Of a stretch of DNA of 28,566 bases, positions 8,759 to 17,738 are shown one piece after another. Both the position numbers and the translations under genes were made by a program. The notes under the pieces are model-generated. The model ran no database searches. It worked only from the letters and a program-made list of their open reading frames with translations, and was not told where the DNA came from. The stretch comes from an uncultured delta proteobacterium (GTDB lineage: Bacteria; Desulfobacterota; Desulfobaccia; Desulfobaccales; 0-14-0-80-60-11). Each line of letters starts with the position of its first letter. Within the stretch, counting starts at the first letter, position 1. The DNA is taken from NCBI GenBank assembly GCA_963812015.1, contig CAWETI010000001.1, forward strand, positions 1 through 28,566, read 5' to 3'.

Positions 8759-9688
8759 ATGATCTCCGGCATCCTGCTCATGGACAAAGCTGAGGGCGTC
8801 ACCTCCTTCGAGGTGGTGCGCCGGGCCCGGCGGGCTTTAGGGATACGGAAGATCGGCCACCTGGGCACCCTGGACCCTATGGCCACGGGGCTGTTACCCC
8901 TGTGCCTGCTGGAGGCCACCAAGCTGACGCCGTACCTGATGCCCGAGCCTAAGGTGTACCGGGCCCGGGTCAGGTTGGGGATCGCCACCGACACCCAGGA
9001 TGCCACCGGGGCCGTGGTGGCCCGGTGCGAGGCGATGCCCTTCCCGGAGCAGATTTATCAGGCCGCGGCCCGTTTTGTGGGAGAGGTGACCCAGATCCCG
9101 CCGATGTATTCCGCGGTGCACTATCAGGGGGAGCGGGCCTACCGCCTGGCTCGGCGGGGAGAGGTGGCGGATTTGGCCTCCCGGACAGTGACGGTCTACG
9201 AACTGGTGGTGGCGGACGTGGCCATTCCGGAGTTCACCATGACCGTGCGGTGCTCCCAGGGGACTTATATCCGCACCCTGGCCCAGGATTTGGGCGAGGC
9301 CCTGGGATGCGGGGCGCATCTGGCGGCGCTCAGGCGCCTGGCGGTGGGGGCGTTCCGGGTGGAGGAAGCCTTGCCCCTGGCGCGCCTTCCTGAACTGGAC
9401 CGGGAGGAACTGGCGGAGAGGGTCATGCCGCTGTCGGCCTGCCTGCCGGGGTTGCGCTCGGTTGAGGTGGGCTGGACGGAGGCCCGGCGGTTGCGCCAGG
9501 GGCAGCCCCTTTCGCTGCCGGCTGACGATTGGCAGGACGGAGAACGGGTGCGGGTGCTGGCGGACGCCGAACTGGTGGCGGTGGCCCAGGTAAGGAGCCT
9601 GGCGCCCCAGGCGGTGCTGGCCCCGGTGCGGGTGTTTGGCGGGGGGGCGGAGGCCGCGGCCGGCCAAGCGGCGTCGAACGCCGGCTAA
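8759..9688 (+). CDS. truB: tRNA pseudouridine(55) synthase
   Basis: KIGHLGTLDPMATGLLP, QIPPMYSAV and CSQGTYIRTLA motifs. Confidence 0.97.
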   Translation: MISGILLMDKAEGVTSFEVVRRARRALGIRKIGHLGTLDPMATGLLPLCLLEATKLTPYLMPEPKVYRARVRLGIATDTQDATGAVVARCEAMPFPEQIYQAAARFVGEVTQIPPMYSAVHYQGERAYRLARRGEVADLASRTVTVYELVVADVAIPEFTMTVRCSQGTYIRTLAQDLGEALGCGAHLAALRRLAVGAFRVEEALPLARLPELDREELAERVMPLSACLPGLRSVEVGWTEARRLRQGQPLSLPADDWQDGERVRVLADAELVAVAQVRSLAPQAVLAPVRVFGGGAEAAAGQAASNAG

Positions 9689-9748
9689 GATTTGACAGGA
9701 TCGGGAGGAGGCTTGATGCCGAATTGTCAGCAAAATTAGGCGTAATCA

Positions 9749-9799
9749 GGAGCCGCAGGCTTCAGCCTGGGCCCGGACCGGCGAAAGGCCGGAGCCACT
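9749..9799. repeat. REP-like doublet (GGAGCCGCAGGCTTCAGCCTG ... CCGGCGAAAGGCCGGAGCCAC)
   Basis: Two short palindromes in the truB-rpsO spacer, resembling GTAG/GGAG-type REPs. Confidence 0.5.
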
Positions 9800-9897
9800 A
9801 AAATGATGCACTCGAGGCGCGAACCTCAGTAAGCAGGCGACATGAGGCGATAAGCAGTCGGGGTATCGACTGCAGCACATTATAAAGGCTCAAAAAA

Positions 9898-9936
9898 ACG
9901 TCGGCGGGAGAAAGCAGGCTGCTAACCGCACGACGT
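9898..9936 (+). promoter_or_regulatory. Candidate rpsO (S15) leader hairpin
   Basis: ACGTCG-GCGG...CCGC-A-CGACGT stem with inner AGCA/TGCT, ending 4 nt before the AGGAGG SD of rpsO. Confidence 0.45.
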
Positions 9937-9951
9937 AAAAAGGAGGAAGAC

Positions 9952-10221
9952 GTGGCCTTAAATACGGAACAGAAACAGGAGATTATCGATCGCTACCGGC
10001 TGCATGACGCCGACACCGGGTCACCGGAAGTGCAGGTGGCCATTCTGAGCGAGCGAATCACTTACTTGACGGATCATTTCAAGGTCCATGCCAAGGACCA
10101 CCATTCCCGTCGGGGATTGATCAAGCTGGTGGGTCAGCGCCGGCGCCTCCTGAACTATCTGAAAGACAAAGACATCGAACGTTATCGGGCCCTGATCGAG
10201 CAACTCGGCCTGAGAAAGTAG
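9952..10221 (+). CDS. rpsO: 30S ribosomal protein S15
   Basis: [26 protein letters not shown]; 89 aa; GTG start with AGGAGG SD. Confidence 0.99.
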   Translation: MALNTEQKQEIIDRYRLHDADTGSPEVQVAILSERITYLTDHFKVHAKDHHSRRGLIKLVGQRRRLLNYLKDKDIERYRALIEQLGLRK

Positions 10222-10239
10222 GAGGCTCAACAGAATAAT

Positions 10240-12384
10240 ATGGCAAAAATATACTCATTAGAGGTCGGGGGTCGTGACCTCCGGTTCGAAACGGGCCAAT
10301 TGGCCCAGCAGGCCAGCGGCTCAGTGCTGGTACGCTATGGGGAAAATGCGGTGCTGGTTACCGCGGTCATGTCCGATTCAGTCAGGGAAGGCATCGACTT
10401 TTTGCCCCTGACCGTTGATTACATGGAGAGGGCATACGCGGCCGGACGGGTACCCGGGAGCTTTTTTCGGCGGGAGATCGGTCGCCCCTCGGAAAAGGAG
10501 ACCCTGACCTCCCGACTCATTGATCGGCCGATGCGGCCGCTGTTCCCCAAAGGGGTGGTCAATGAAATCCAGATCATCGCCACGGTGGTTTCCGGGGACA
10601 TGGAAATTGACCCGGATATCGTCGCCCTGAACGGCGCCGCGGCGGCCATGGAGATTTCCGACATCCCGTTTAACGGCCCGGTGGCCGCGGTGCGGGTGGG
10701 CAAAGTCAACGGGCAACTGGTGGTAAATCCCACCAATTCCCAACTAAAAGAGAGCACCCTGAACCTCATCGTGGCCGGGGCGCCCCAGGGCCTGGTGATG
10801 GTAGAGGCCGGGGCCCAGATGGTCCAGGAAGATGAAGTGCTGGAGGCCCTGTTCTTTGCCCAGGAGCAGCTCAAGCCCATCCTGGAACTCATTACGGGCA
10901 TGGGGCGGGAGATCGGCCGGACCAAACGGCCGGCTCCGGAACTCCCGGACAACTCGGAACTGCGCCAGCAGATCGAGACCCTGGCCCGGGATAAGATCCT
11001 GGCGGCGGTGGCGGTCCCGGTGAAGCAGGACCGTAATCGGGCCGTGGATCAGGCGCGCCAGGAAGTGATTACCGCTCTGGGTCCGGAAATTGAAGGCCGG
11101 GAGAAAGAAGCGAGCGGCCTGTTTTCGGAGGTCAAGAAAAAGCTGGTGCGGCACCTGATGCTGGCGGAGCAGCGGCGCATCGACGGTCGCAGCTTTACCG
11201 AGGTCCGGACCATCACCGGGGAAGTCGGCATGTTGAGCCGCACCCACGGCTCCGCGGTCTTCACCCGGGGCGAAACCCAGGCCCTGGCCGTTGCCACCCT
11301 GGGCACCCCGTCGGATGAACAGAAAATCGAAACCCTGGTGGGCGAGACCTTCAAGTCCTTCATGCTCCATTATAATTTTCCCCCGTATTCGGTGGGGGAA
11401 ACCCGCATGATCCGGGGTCCGGGGCGGCGGGAAATCGGGCATGGGGCTTTGGCCGAGCGGGCCGTTTCCCAAGTGTTGCCCTCGGCGGAAGAGTTCCCCT
11501 ATACCATCCGCATCGTGTCCGAAATCCTCTCCTCCAACGGCTCCTCCTCCATGGCGACGATCTGCGGGGCCTCCATGGCCCTGATGGACGCCGGGGTGCC
11601 CATTAAGGCCGCGGTGGCCGGGGTGGCCATGGGGCTCATCAAGGAGGACGACCGGGTGGCGGTATTGTCCGACATCCTGGGCGATGAAGACTCCCTGGGA
11701 GACATGGACTTCAAGGTGGCCGGCACCAGCCAGGGGATCACCGCCATCCAGATGGATATTAAGATGACGGGGTTGACCCGGGAGATCATGGGTCAGGCCC
11801 TGAGCCAGGCCCGGGAGGCCCGGCTGCATATCCTGGGGAAGATGAACGAGGTCATCGCCGAGCCGTCGCCGACCCTGAAGGAACACGCCCCCAAGATCAT
11901 CGTGCTCACCATCAATCCCGACAAGATTCGAATGGTGATCGGACCCGGCGGCAAAATGGTGAAGTCGATCGTGGCGGCCACCGGAGTGAAGATCGACATC
12001 GAAGACGATGGCCGCATCCATATCTCCTCGGCCGACCAGACCGCGGCCAATGAAGCCATCCGGCTGATCAACGAGATCATCGAAGAGGCGGAAATCGGCG
12101 TCACCTACAAGGGCATTGTAAAGAAGATCATGGACTTCGGCGCCTTTGTGGAGATCCTGCCGGGCACCGACGGCCTGGTGCACATCTCGGAGCTGGCGCA
12201 CCGCCGGGTGAAAACCGTGGACGAGATCCTCAAGGAAGGCGATGAAGTGATGGTCAAGGTGCTGGACGTGGACCGGCAGGGGAAGATTCGCCTGTCCCGC
12301 AAGGCCCTGATCCCCAATGACAACCCCCAACCGGAAGAATCCGATCGCAGGGGCGGACGTGTACCAAAAAACCGTCCTGAGTAA
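10240..12384 (+). CDS. pnp: Polyribonucleotide nucleotidyltransferase (PNPase)
   Basis: DFLPLTVDY, RLIDRPMRPLF, RREIGHGALA, SNGSSSMA, DMDFKVAG, plus KH and S1 domains. Confidence 0.99.
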   Translation: MAKIYSLEVGGRDLRFETGQLAQQASGSVLVRYGENAVLVTAVMSDSVREGIDFLPLTVDYMERAYAAGRVPGSFFRREIGRPSEKETLTSRLIDRPMRPLFPKGVVNEIQIIATVVSGDMEIDPDIVALNGAAAAMEISDIPFNGPVAAVRVGKVNGQLVVNPTNSQLKESTLNLIVAGAPQGLVMVEAGAQMVQEDEVLEALFFAQEQLKPILELITGMGREIGRTKRPAPELPDNSELRQQIETLARDKILAAVAVPVKQDRNRAVDQARQEVITALGPEIEGREKEASGLFSEVKKKLVRHLMLAEQRRIDGRSFTEVRTITGEVGMLSRTHGSAVFTRGETQALAVATLGTPSDEQKIETLVGETFKSFMLHYNFPPYSVGETRMIRGPGRREIGHGALAERAVSQVLPSAEEFPYTIRIVSEILSSNGSSSMATICGASMALMDAGVPIKAAVAGVAMGLIKEDDRVAVLSDILGDEDSLGDMDFKVAGTSQGITAIQMDIKMTGLTREIMGQALSQAREARLHILGKMNEVIAEPSPTLKEHAPKIIVLTINPDKIRMVIGPGGKMVKSIVAATGVKIDIEDDGRIHISSADQTAANEAIRLINEIIEEAEIGVTYKGIVKKIMDFGAFVEILPGTDGLVHISELAHRRVKTVDEILKEGDEVMVKVLDVDRQGKIRLSRKALIPNDNPQPEESDRRGGRVPKNRPE

Positions 12385-13606
12385 CGGTCTGAGGATAGTA
12401 ACCGAAGAGATCCCTCACTTCCACTCGGTGGCCGTGGGGGTGTGGCTCAACGTGGGTTCCAGGGATGAGAGCGGCGCCGAAAACGGCCTCACTCATTTCC
12501 TGGAACACATGGTCTTTAAAGGTACCCCCACCCGCACCGTTTTGGATATTGCCAGGGAAATAGATCAGTTAGGGGGTATGTGCAACGCCTTCACCGGCAA
12601 GGAGCAGACCTGTTATCACGGGCGAGTCCTGGCGGAGCACCTCCCCCGGCTGGTGGACCTGTTGGGGGACCTGGTGCTCAGGGCCCGCCTGGAGGCGGGA
12701 GACCTGGAGCGGGAACGGCAGGTCATTCTGGAAGAGATTTATGCCCAGGATGACAGCCCGGAAGAGCTGGTGCATGTCCATTTTGCCCGGAACTTCTGGG
12801 GCGACCACCCCTTCGGCTGGCCCATCCTGGGGGAAGCGGAACACATCGCCGGGGTAACCCGGGAGGACCTGCTTACTTACCGACGGACGGCCTACCGGCC
12901 CGCAAATATGGTGGTGGCCGCGGCCGGCCGGGTGCGGCACCAGGAGGTGGTGGATTTGGTGGCCGGCGGCTTTCAGGAGCTCAGCAACGGCGCCCCGGGC
13001 CGGGCGCGCCTGCCCGTCAGCACCCATCCGGGGGTCTACGCCCTCTCCCGGGACCTGGAACAGGTCAACCTCTGCCTGGGGGCCCCGGGGTTGGCGGCGG
13101 GCGATCCCCGGCGCTATGCGGCCACCATGCTCCAGCTGATCCTGGGGGGCAACATGAGTTCCCGCCTTTTTCAGGTGATTCGGGAGCAACTGGGGCTGGC
13201 CTACTCCATCCAATCGTACGTCCAGTTTTTCAGCGATGCCGGCCTGATGGGCATCTCCGCGGGGGTGAGCCCCCAAAACCTTGTGGCCATCATGGACGCC
13301 ATCCGCCGGGAACTCCGGCAGTTGTGCGAGGAGGAGGTCTCGGAGGCGGAGTTGACCGCAGCCCGGGAAAACCTCAAGGCTTCCATCATGCTGACCTCCG
13401 AGGATTGCGACCATCTCATGCTGCGTCTGGCCAAAAATGAATTGAACTTCGGCCGCTATATCCCCCTGGAGGACATCATCGCGGGGATGCTGAAGGTCAC
13501 GGCGGCCGAGATCCTGGATGTGGCCCGGGACCTGCTCCGGCCGGAAGGGTGGGGCGTGGCCCTGCTGGGTCCGGTGGAGAACTCGGGCAACTATGGCCTG
13601 GGCTAA
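12317..13606 (+). CDS. M16 (pitrilysin) family zinc metallopeptidase; alternative start GTG 12359
   Basis: HFLEH inverted zinc motif, TVLSNGLRIVTE, NAFT and SSRLFQVIREQLGLAY; common neighbour of pnp. Confidence 0.93.
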   Translation: MTTPNRKNPIAGADVYQKTVLSNGLRIVTEEIPHFHSVAVGVWLNVGSRDESGAENGLTHFLEHMVFKGTPTRTVLDIAREIDQLGGMCNAFTGKEQTCYHGRVLAEHLPRLVDLLGDLVLRARLEAGDLERERQVILEEIYAQDDSPEELVHVHFARNFWGDHPFGWPILGEAEHIAGVTREDLLTYRRTAYRPANMVVAAAGRVRHQEVVDLVAGGFQELSNGAPGRARLPVSTHPGVYALSRDLEQVNLCLGAPGLAAGDPRRYAATMLQLILGGNMSSRLFQVIREQLGLAYSIQSYVQFFSDAGLMGISAGVSPQNLVAIMDAIRRELRQLCEEEVSEAELTAARENLKASIMLTSEDCDHLMLRLAKNELNFGRYIPLEDIIAGMLKVTAAEILDVARDLLRPEGWGVALLGPVENSGNYGLG

Positions 13607-13610
13607 GGCA

Positions 13611-13640
13611 GCTATCAGCTTTCAGCAGTCAGCTTTCAGC
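13611..13640. repeat. Heptameric short tandem repeat (GCTATCA/GCTTTCA/GCAGTCA/GCTTTCA)
   Basis: Four degenerate 7-mers immediately after the peptidase stop codon. Confidence 0.6.
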
Positions 13641-13673
13641 CAAGACCTGGAATTGACGCAGGCGATCCAAGAG

Positions 13674-13696
13674 AGGGTGCGCATTGCGCACCATGC
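13674..13696. repeat. REP-like palindrome AGGGTGCGCATTGCGCACCATGC
   Basis: 21/23 identical to 24936-24958. Confidence 0.65.
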
Positions 13697-13810
13697 CTTT
13701 TCCGAGAATCCCCGATGCGGTGCGGAACTTTTCCCGGACCGAACTCCCCGAGGCCTGGACCAGGATCAGAGGGTAATCAACCAATTTTTGCGATTCACCT
13801 GCTCCCCAAT

Positions 13811-13834
13811 AAAAAACGGGGCCGGATGGCCCCG
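13811..13834 (-). terminator. Intrinsic terminator for the minus-strand block
   Basis: Minus strand CGGGGCC-ATCC-GGCCCCG-TTTTTT. Confidence 0.8.
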
Positions 13835-13916
13835 CAGTTTAAAGGTATGGTGCTAATAGCACAACGGGCAGGCTGCCCGGGCCCCGGTCTTCCCCCAAAG
13901 TCAGCCGGGTTCCCTC

Positions 13917-14144
13917 TTAAAATTCGTCCTCGTCTTCCAGAATGGCCTTGTTAATGAATTTATAGAGGCTGCCGATCCATTCCAGTTCGTTTTCCAGCTC
14001 GGAATTGGCGAAGATCCATTCGCCGTCCCGGTCCTTGGCGATGATGACGATCTCTTCGATGTCATCCAGCTCCTGATAGAACTTCTCCACTACCTCTTTA
14101 ACGGAACGTTGGGCCCTGGCAAAAGGAATGATATTTTTGGTCAT
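13917..14144 (-). CDS. Small acidic hypothetical protein (75 aa; alternative start 14213)
   Basis: MTKNIIPFARAQRSVKEVVEKFYQELDDIEEIVIIAKDRDGEWIFANSEL...; protein-like composition, followed by a terminator. Confidence 0.7.
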   Translation of the reverse strand: MTKNIIPFARAQRSVKEVVEKFYQELDDIEEIVIIAKDRDGEWIFANSELENELEWIGSLYKFINKAILEDEDEF

Positions 14145-14223
14145 GTGTCTGTGGCGGGTTGAGGCGCCCGTCACCCTCCCGTCGTGTATTCCCTTCGGTT
14201 GAAGGGTGGGCATTCTCCTCAGT

Positions 14224-15030
14224 TTAATTCTTTATTGTCTGGGCCAAAAAATCAATGATAATTTTGTTCACCGCGGCCGGCGCCTCCTCCTGGGGGGCGT
14301 GGCCCACCTCCGGCAGGAGGTGAAACTCCGCCCGGGGCAGGTGCTCTCTCAGCCAGAACCCCTGGACGGGGGGCAGGATGCGGTCGCACTCCCCCCAGAT
14401 GAGGAGCGTGGGCTGGGTGAGGCGGCGGAGCAGGGCAGCGATCTCCTCCAGGGGCCGAATTTCCAGTTGCCGGCAGATCTGGCGCAAGGCCAAGCGACGA
14501 CGGAGGTCCCGGTAGGGAGCGGCGTAGCCGGCCGCCGCCTCCGGGATCAGGCGTTCGGGGTGGCAATAGACCAAGCGCAGGAACCAGGGGATAACCCAAG
14601 GACCCAGGAGGGCCGCGACCGCGTACCCCAGGACCGGCAGGCGCAGGGGATAAAAGGCGTAGGGCATCCGGGTGGCGGCCGCGGCGGGGGCGAGGAGGGC
14701 CAGGGCCGAAACCCGGGCCGGTTGCTCTCCCGCCAGGAGCAGGCTCAGTCCGCCTCCCAGGGAGTTGCCGCCCAGGGCGACGGTTTCGAGATCGTACCAA
14801 TCCAAAAAATCCAGGACGCCCTGGAGGAACCCTTCCAGACGGTAGTCGCCGTCAAGGGGCGCCGGGGAGCGGCCGTGGCCGGGGAGATCGGGGGTGATGA
14901 CCCGGAAGTGTTTCGCCAGGGGGGCCCGATTATGGCGCCACGAGAAGCTGGAGGCCCCCAGACCGTGGAGCAGCACCAGGTTGGGGCCCTGGCCCTGGAT
15001 GTCCACGTACCAGTCCCGGGGGTGGATCAT
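14224..15030 (-). CDS. Alpha/beta fold hydrolase
   Basis: LVLLHGLG, DLPGHGRS, GNSLGG nucleophile elbow, IWGECD and VGHAPQEE. Confidence 0.93.
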   Translation of the reverse strand: MIHPRDWYVDIQGQGPNLVLLHGLGASSFSWRHNRAPLAKHFRVITPDLPGHGRSPAPLDGDYRLEGFLQGVLDFLDWYDLETVALGGNSLGGGLSLLLAGEQPARVSALALLAPAAAATRMPYAFYPLRLPVLGYAVAALLGPWVIPWFLRLVYCHPERLIPEAAAGYAAPYRDLRRRLALRQICRQLEIRPLEEIAALLRRLTQPTLLIWGECDRILPPVQGFWLREHLPRAEFHLLPEVGHAPQEEAPAAVNKIIIDFLAQTIKN

Positions 15031-15070
15031 CGGCGATTTCTCCCAAGCTATTGTCGGGTTTCAGATGGAT

Positions 15071-15126
15071 GAGATACTTCACTGCGCTCAGGATAACAAG
15101 AAAACCGATTTTTCAACAGCCTGCTA
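15071..15126 (-). repeat. Composite repeat: IS-end-like TAGCAGGCTGTTGAAAAA plus REP-like CTGAGCGCAGTGAAG
   Basis: Related copy in the opposite orientation at 21886-21943. Confidence 0.5.
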
Positions 15127-15238
15127 TGGCGTTGTGGGGGCGAGGTCGTCGGGCCCTTTGCGGAGAATTTCCCTGTTAAATCAATAGAGATAATTTTGAG
15201 ACGCACCAGGGGGCTGCCGGTAAGACCCTCGGTGCAGC

Positions 15239-16045
15239 TCAGCGAGCCGCCACTGAACCCGTTCCGGGCAACTCCTTCGTTCCCGGAGGCAACATGACAC
15301 TGTCCGGCAACAACGACCCCCGGATGGTGATGCCGGAGACGGTGGTCCAGGCCTGGCGCGGCACCAATCGGTTGTCCAGGAAGGCGAACACCTGTCCCCG
15401 GGAACCCTCAAAGACCGGGTTGAGCAGGGAGAACATGGCCTGGCGACCGTCCTTGGTCTCGCCACCCAGGCGGATCTCGATGGATTCGGGGCGGGGGTAG
15501 GGAATCCCCGGGATGGTGCCGGTCTCCCCTTCCCGGGTGGGCCCCAAGATCCCCAGGCGGCAGTTGTAGAAGGCGGTCAAGGGGTCATAGACCGGGGCGG
15601 ATAGGGTGGTTTGCCATTTTTTCAGCAGGCCCTTGCCTTCGTGCCACTCCCACAATTCTAGCCGGCCCTGGGAATAATCGAAGCGGTATTCTTTCAGGCG
15701 GCGTTTTTTGCCCCGCCTGGACTCTTCCCGGTAAATGAGCGGCAGGAGGCGATCCTCCCGCCAGACCATCTCGGTTTCGAGACGCTCCCGGCGCTCGCCG
15801 GTAAAAAGCTTGATAACGCCCTGGGGTTCCCCGATGGCTTCCGCCACAAAGCGCCCCGGACCCAGGCGCTTTAAGGTGAGCCGGAGCCGGGCGGCATCCT
15901 GCCAGGCCAGGGCCGACAGCCGGTAGTGCAAATCTTCCAGGATCGGCGGGGCCGCCAGGGCCGGATGGACCGGCAGCCACAGCCGGGCCAGGAGCAGGAG
16001 GACCAGGCAGGGGAGGGCGCGTGCAGGCCAGGCTCGATATCGCAA
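15239..16045 (-). CDS. DUF3108-like exported protein (paralog 2)
   Basis: Signal peptide ending ALA; EDLHY..W, YREE..KEYRFDY and YDPLTAFY motifs shared with the neighbouring paralog. Confidence 0.75.
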   Translation of the reverse strand: MRYRAWPARALPCLVLLLLARLWLPVHPALAAPPILEDLHYRLSALAWQDAARLRLTLKRLGPGRFVAEAIGEPQGVIKLFTGERRERLETEMVWREDRLLPLIYREESRRGKKRRLKEYRFDYSQGRLELWEWHEGKGLLKKWQTTLSAPVYDPLTAFYNCRLGILGPTREGETGTIPGIPYPRPESIEIRLGGETKDGRQAMFSLLNPVFEGSRGQVFAFLDNRLVPRQAWTTVSGITIRGSLLPDSVMLPPGTKELPGTGSVAAR

Positions 16046-16058
16046 ACGGTCTAACTCC

Positions 16059-16853
16059 TCACCGGCTGGCGGCCGGGGCGGCGGGCGGGTTCAGGGCCAG
16101 GAGCCCCCCTTTCCTGATCTCCCCGGCATTGAGCAAGCGACCCATGAGCTTGCCGAAGAGGGTCACCCGGGTCCAGCCCAGGGTGGGCACCTGCTCCGGG
16201 CTGAGGTAGATAAAATAGTGGTCCACGACGGATGATTCCGGCAGGCGGTGGTCCAACATCACCTTGCGGCCCTGGTCGGTGACGTCCCCGATACGAAAGA
16301 CCAGTTCCTGGGGTTCGGGGGTGGGCAGGACGGCCACCCGCAGGGATGTGCCACCGGGCAGGGGCCCAAAGTTGCCCAGGCGGACGTTGTAAAACAGGGT
16401 CAAGAGGTCGTACACCGGGTCCTTCAGGTCCACTTCCCATTTCTTGACCCTTTCGCCGCCGTCGATCTGGCGCCAGAGGCTCAGGTGGTGGCCCTCGTAG
16501 TCGAAGCGGTACTCTTTGGCGACATGCTGGCCCTTGCTGATAAATTCTTCTCGATAGACCAGAGGGAACAGCCGGCCCTCCCGATAGACCATCTCGGTCT
16601 GGTAGCGCTCGGGCAGCCAGCGGCTCAACAACTTCCACATCCCCTGGGCCGCGCCGGCAAACTCCGCCAGGTAATGTCCCGGCGCCAACTCCTTGAGCGT
16701 CAGGTGCACCCTGGCCACATCGTCCCACGGTCCCAGGCTGACCTGATAGTCGAGATTTTCCCGGATGGCCGGCGCGGCCGGGGCCGCCAGCGCGACGGCA
16801 GCCAGGGCCAGGTGGAGCACGATGCAGAGCAGCAGGAGTTTGCGGAGCGCCAT
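16059..16853 (-). CDS. DUF3108-like exported protein (paralog 1)
   Basis: ATG 16853 overlaps the J-domain stop (TGATG). Signal peptide MALRKLLLLCIVLHLALAAVALA; ENLDY..W, YREE..KEYRFDY, YDLLTLFY. Confidence 0.78.
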   Translation of the reverse strand: MALRKLLLLCIVLHLALAAVALAAPAAPAIRENLDYQVSLGPWDDVARVHLTLKELAPGHYLAEFAGAAQGMWKLLSRWLPERYQTEMVYREGRLFPLVYREEFISKGQHVAKEYRFDYEGHHLSLWRQIDGGERVKKWEVDLKDPVYDLLTLFYNVRLGNFGPLPGGTSLRVAVLPTPEPQELVFRIGDVTDQGRKVMLDHRLPESSVVDHYFIYLSPEQVPTLGWTRVTLFGKLMGRLLNAGEIRKGGLLALNPPAAPAASR

Positions 16854-17176
16854 CAGTCGTCCTTGCCGCCTGGTTCTTTGGGGGGCGGCGGCCCCCACAC
16901 CCCGGTGTAAAAGCGGTCGGCCCACCACTTCTGGACGTCCTCGGGGCCGGCGCTCTCCACCAGGTCGTAGGGATAATCCTCGATGAATTGGACTATCCGC
17001 TGGTAGGCCGCGTTAACCTGCTGCATGTGGGACCGGTAGGTTACTTCTTCGCCGGCCGGGGCGCGGTCCGGATGCCAGCGGCGGGCGGCCCGGCGATAGG
17101 CCGTCTTGACCTCCTTTTTGGTGGCCTTGAGTCCCAGACTCAGGAGCTCCCGGGCTTCTTCCAGGGTCATAGGCAT
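16853..17176 (-). CDS. Small J-domain (DnaJ-like) protein
   Basis: EVKTAYRRAARRWHPDR...MQQVNAAY: HPD motif and J-domain helices; 107 aa. Confidence 0.9.
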   Translation of the reverse strand: MPMTLEEARELLSLGLKATKKEVKTAYRRAARRWHPDRAPAGEEVTYRSHMQQVNAAYQRIVQFIEDYPYDLVESAGPEDVQKWWADRFYTGVWGPPPPKEPGGKDD

Positions 17177-17360
17177 GTGGGGTTATGAAACGGAGCAGCC
17201 ATGCAGAAGCCTAAGACGCACCCATAATCTGGAACAGGTTGGCCGGGTGGGTCTTCGAGTCCGCCATGCGCTTTCTCGGCACAACTTCTTTAAGGGTCAT
17301 AGTCTCGTGGGGGGCGAAGACCACCTCCCTCAGGGAAGCAATCAACCCCCATCTTTACCA

Positions 17361-17388
17361 TTATCGGCCCCGGGCCGAATTTGCTTCA
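17361..17388 (-). promoter_or_regulatory. Second sigma28-like promoter
   Basis: Minus strand TGAAG...GCCGATAA, same 16-nt spacing as 2032-2059. Confidence 0.45.
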
Positions 17389-17416
17389 TTATAACCGCGA
17401 ATCACTTCCTGGCCAA
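17388..17416 (-). promoter_or_regulatory. sigma70-type promoter for the J-domain/DUF3108 operon
   Basis: Minus strand TTGGCC-N17-TATAAT. Confidence 0.55.
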
Positions 17417-17480
17417 CCAGACAGCCGCGGGCCCGGGGTCCGGCCGAAATTTCGCCGGTTTAACCGGAGCCCGGCATTAC

Positions 17481-17509
17481 TTGTCATCTGCCGGAAATCA
17501 TGGTAACAT
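17481..17509 (+). promoter_or_regulatory. sigma70-type promoter for the pyrR operon
   Basis: TTGTCA-N17-TAACAT with a TGn extension. Confidence 0.6.
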
Positions 17510-17738
17510 AAAAAAATCACCTAGTTGCCTTTATGGAGGGGGATCGACGGCCGCCGAGGTTGTGATGGCCCCGGGTCGGTCCGGGGGTGAGGTTGGCCGG
17601 TAAACGGTTGGCGCCCGGCGATCAGATGCAGCAGTAAGGGAACATTATCCGGAACTGGTCCATAATTTCCCGGCGGAGGGGATGCGGCACCGCAATCCCG
17701 GGTGCGCCAGGTCCAGGAAAAGGGGAAGTAGGAATTCT

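Noticed and set aside
10744..12330. 528-aa antisense ORF over pnp, and similar long antisense ORFs (18227-19474, 19726-21087, 23425-24375, 25038-25976)
   Set aside because: Shadow frames expected from GC-rich codon bias opposite well-supported genes; no recognisable motifs.
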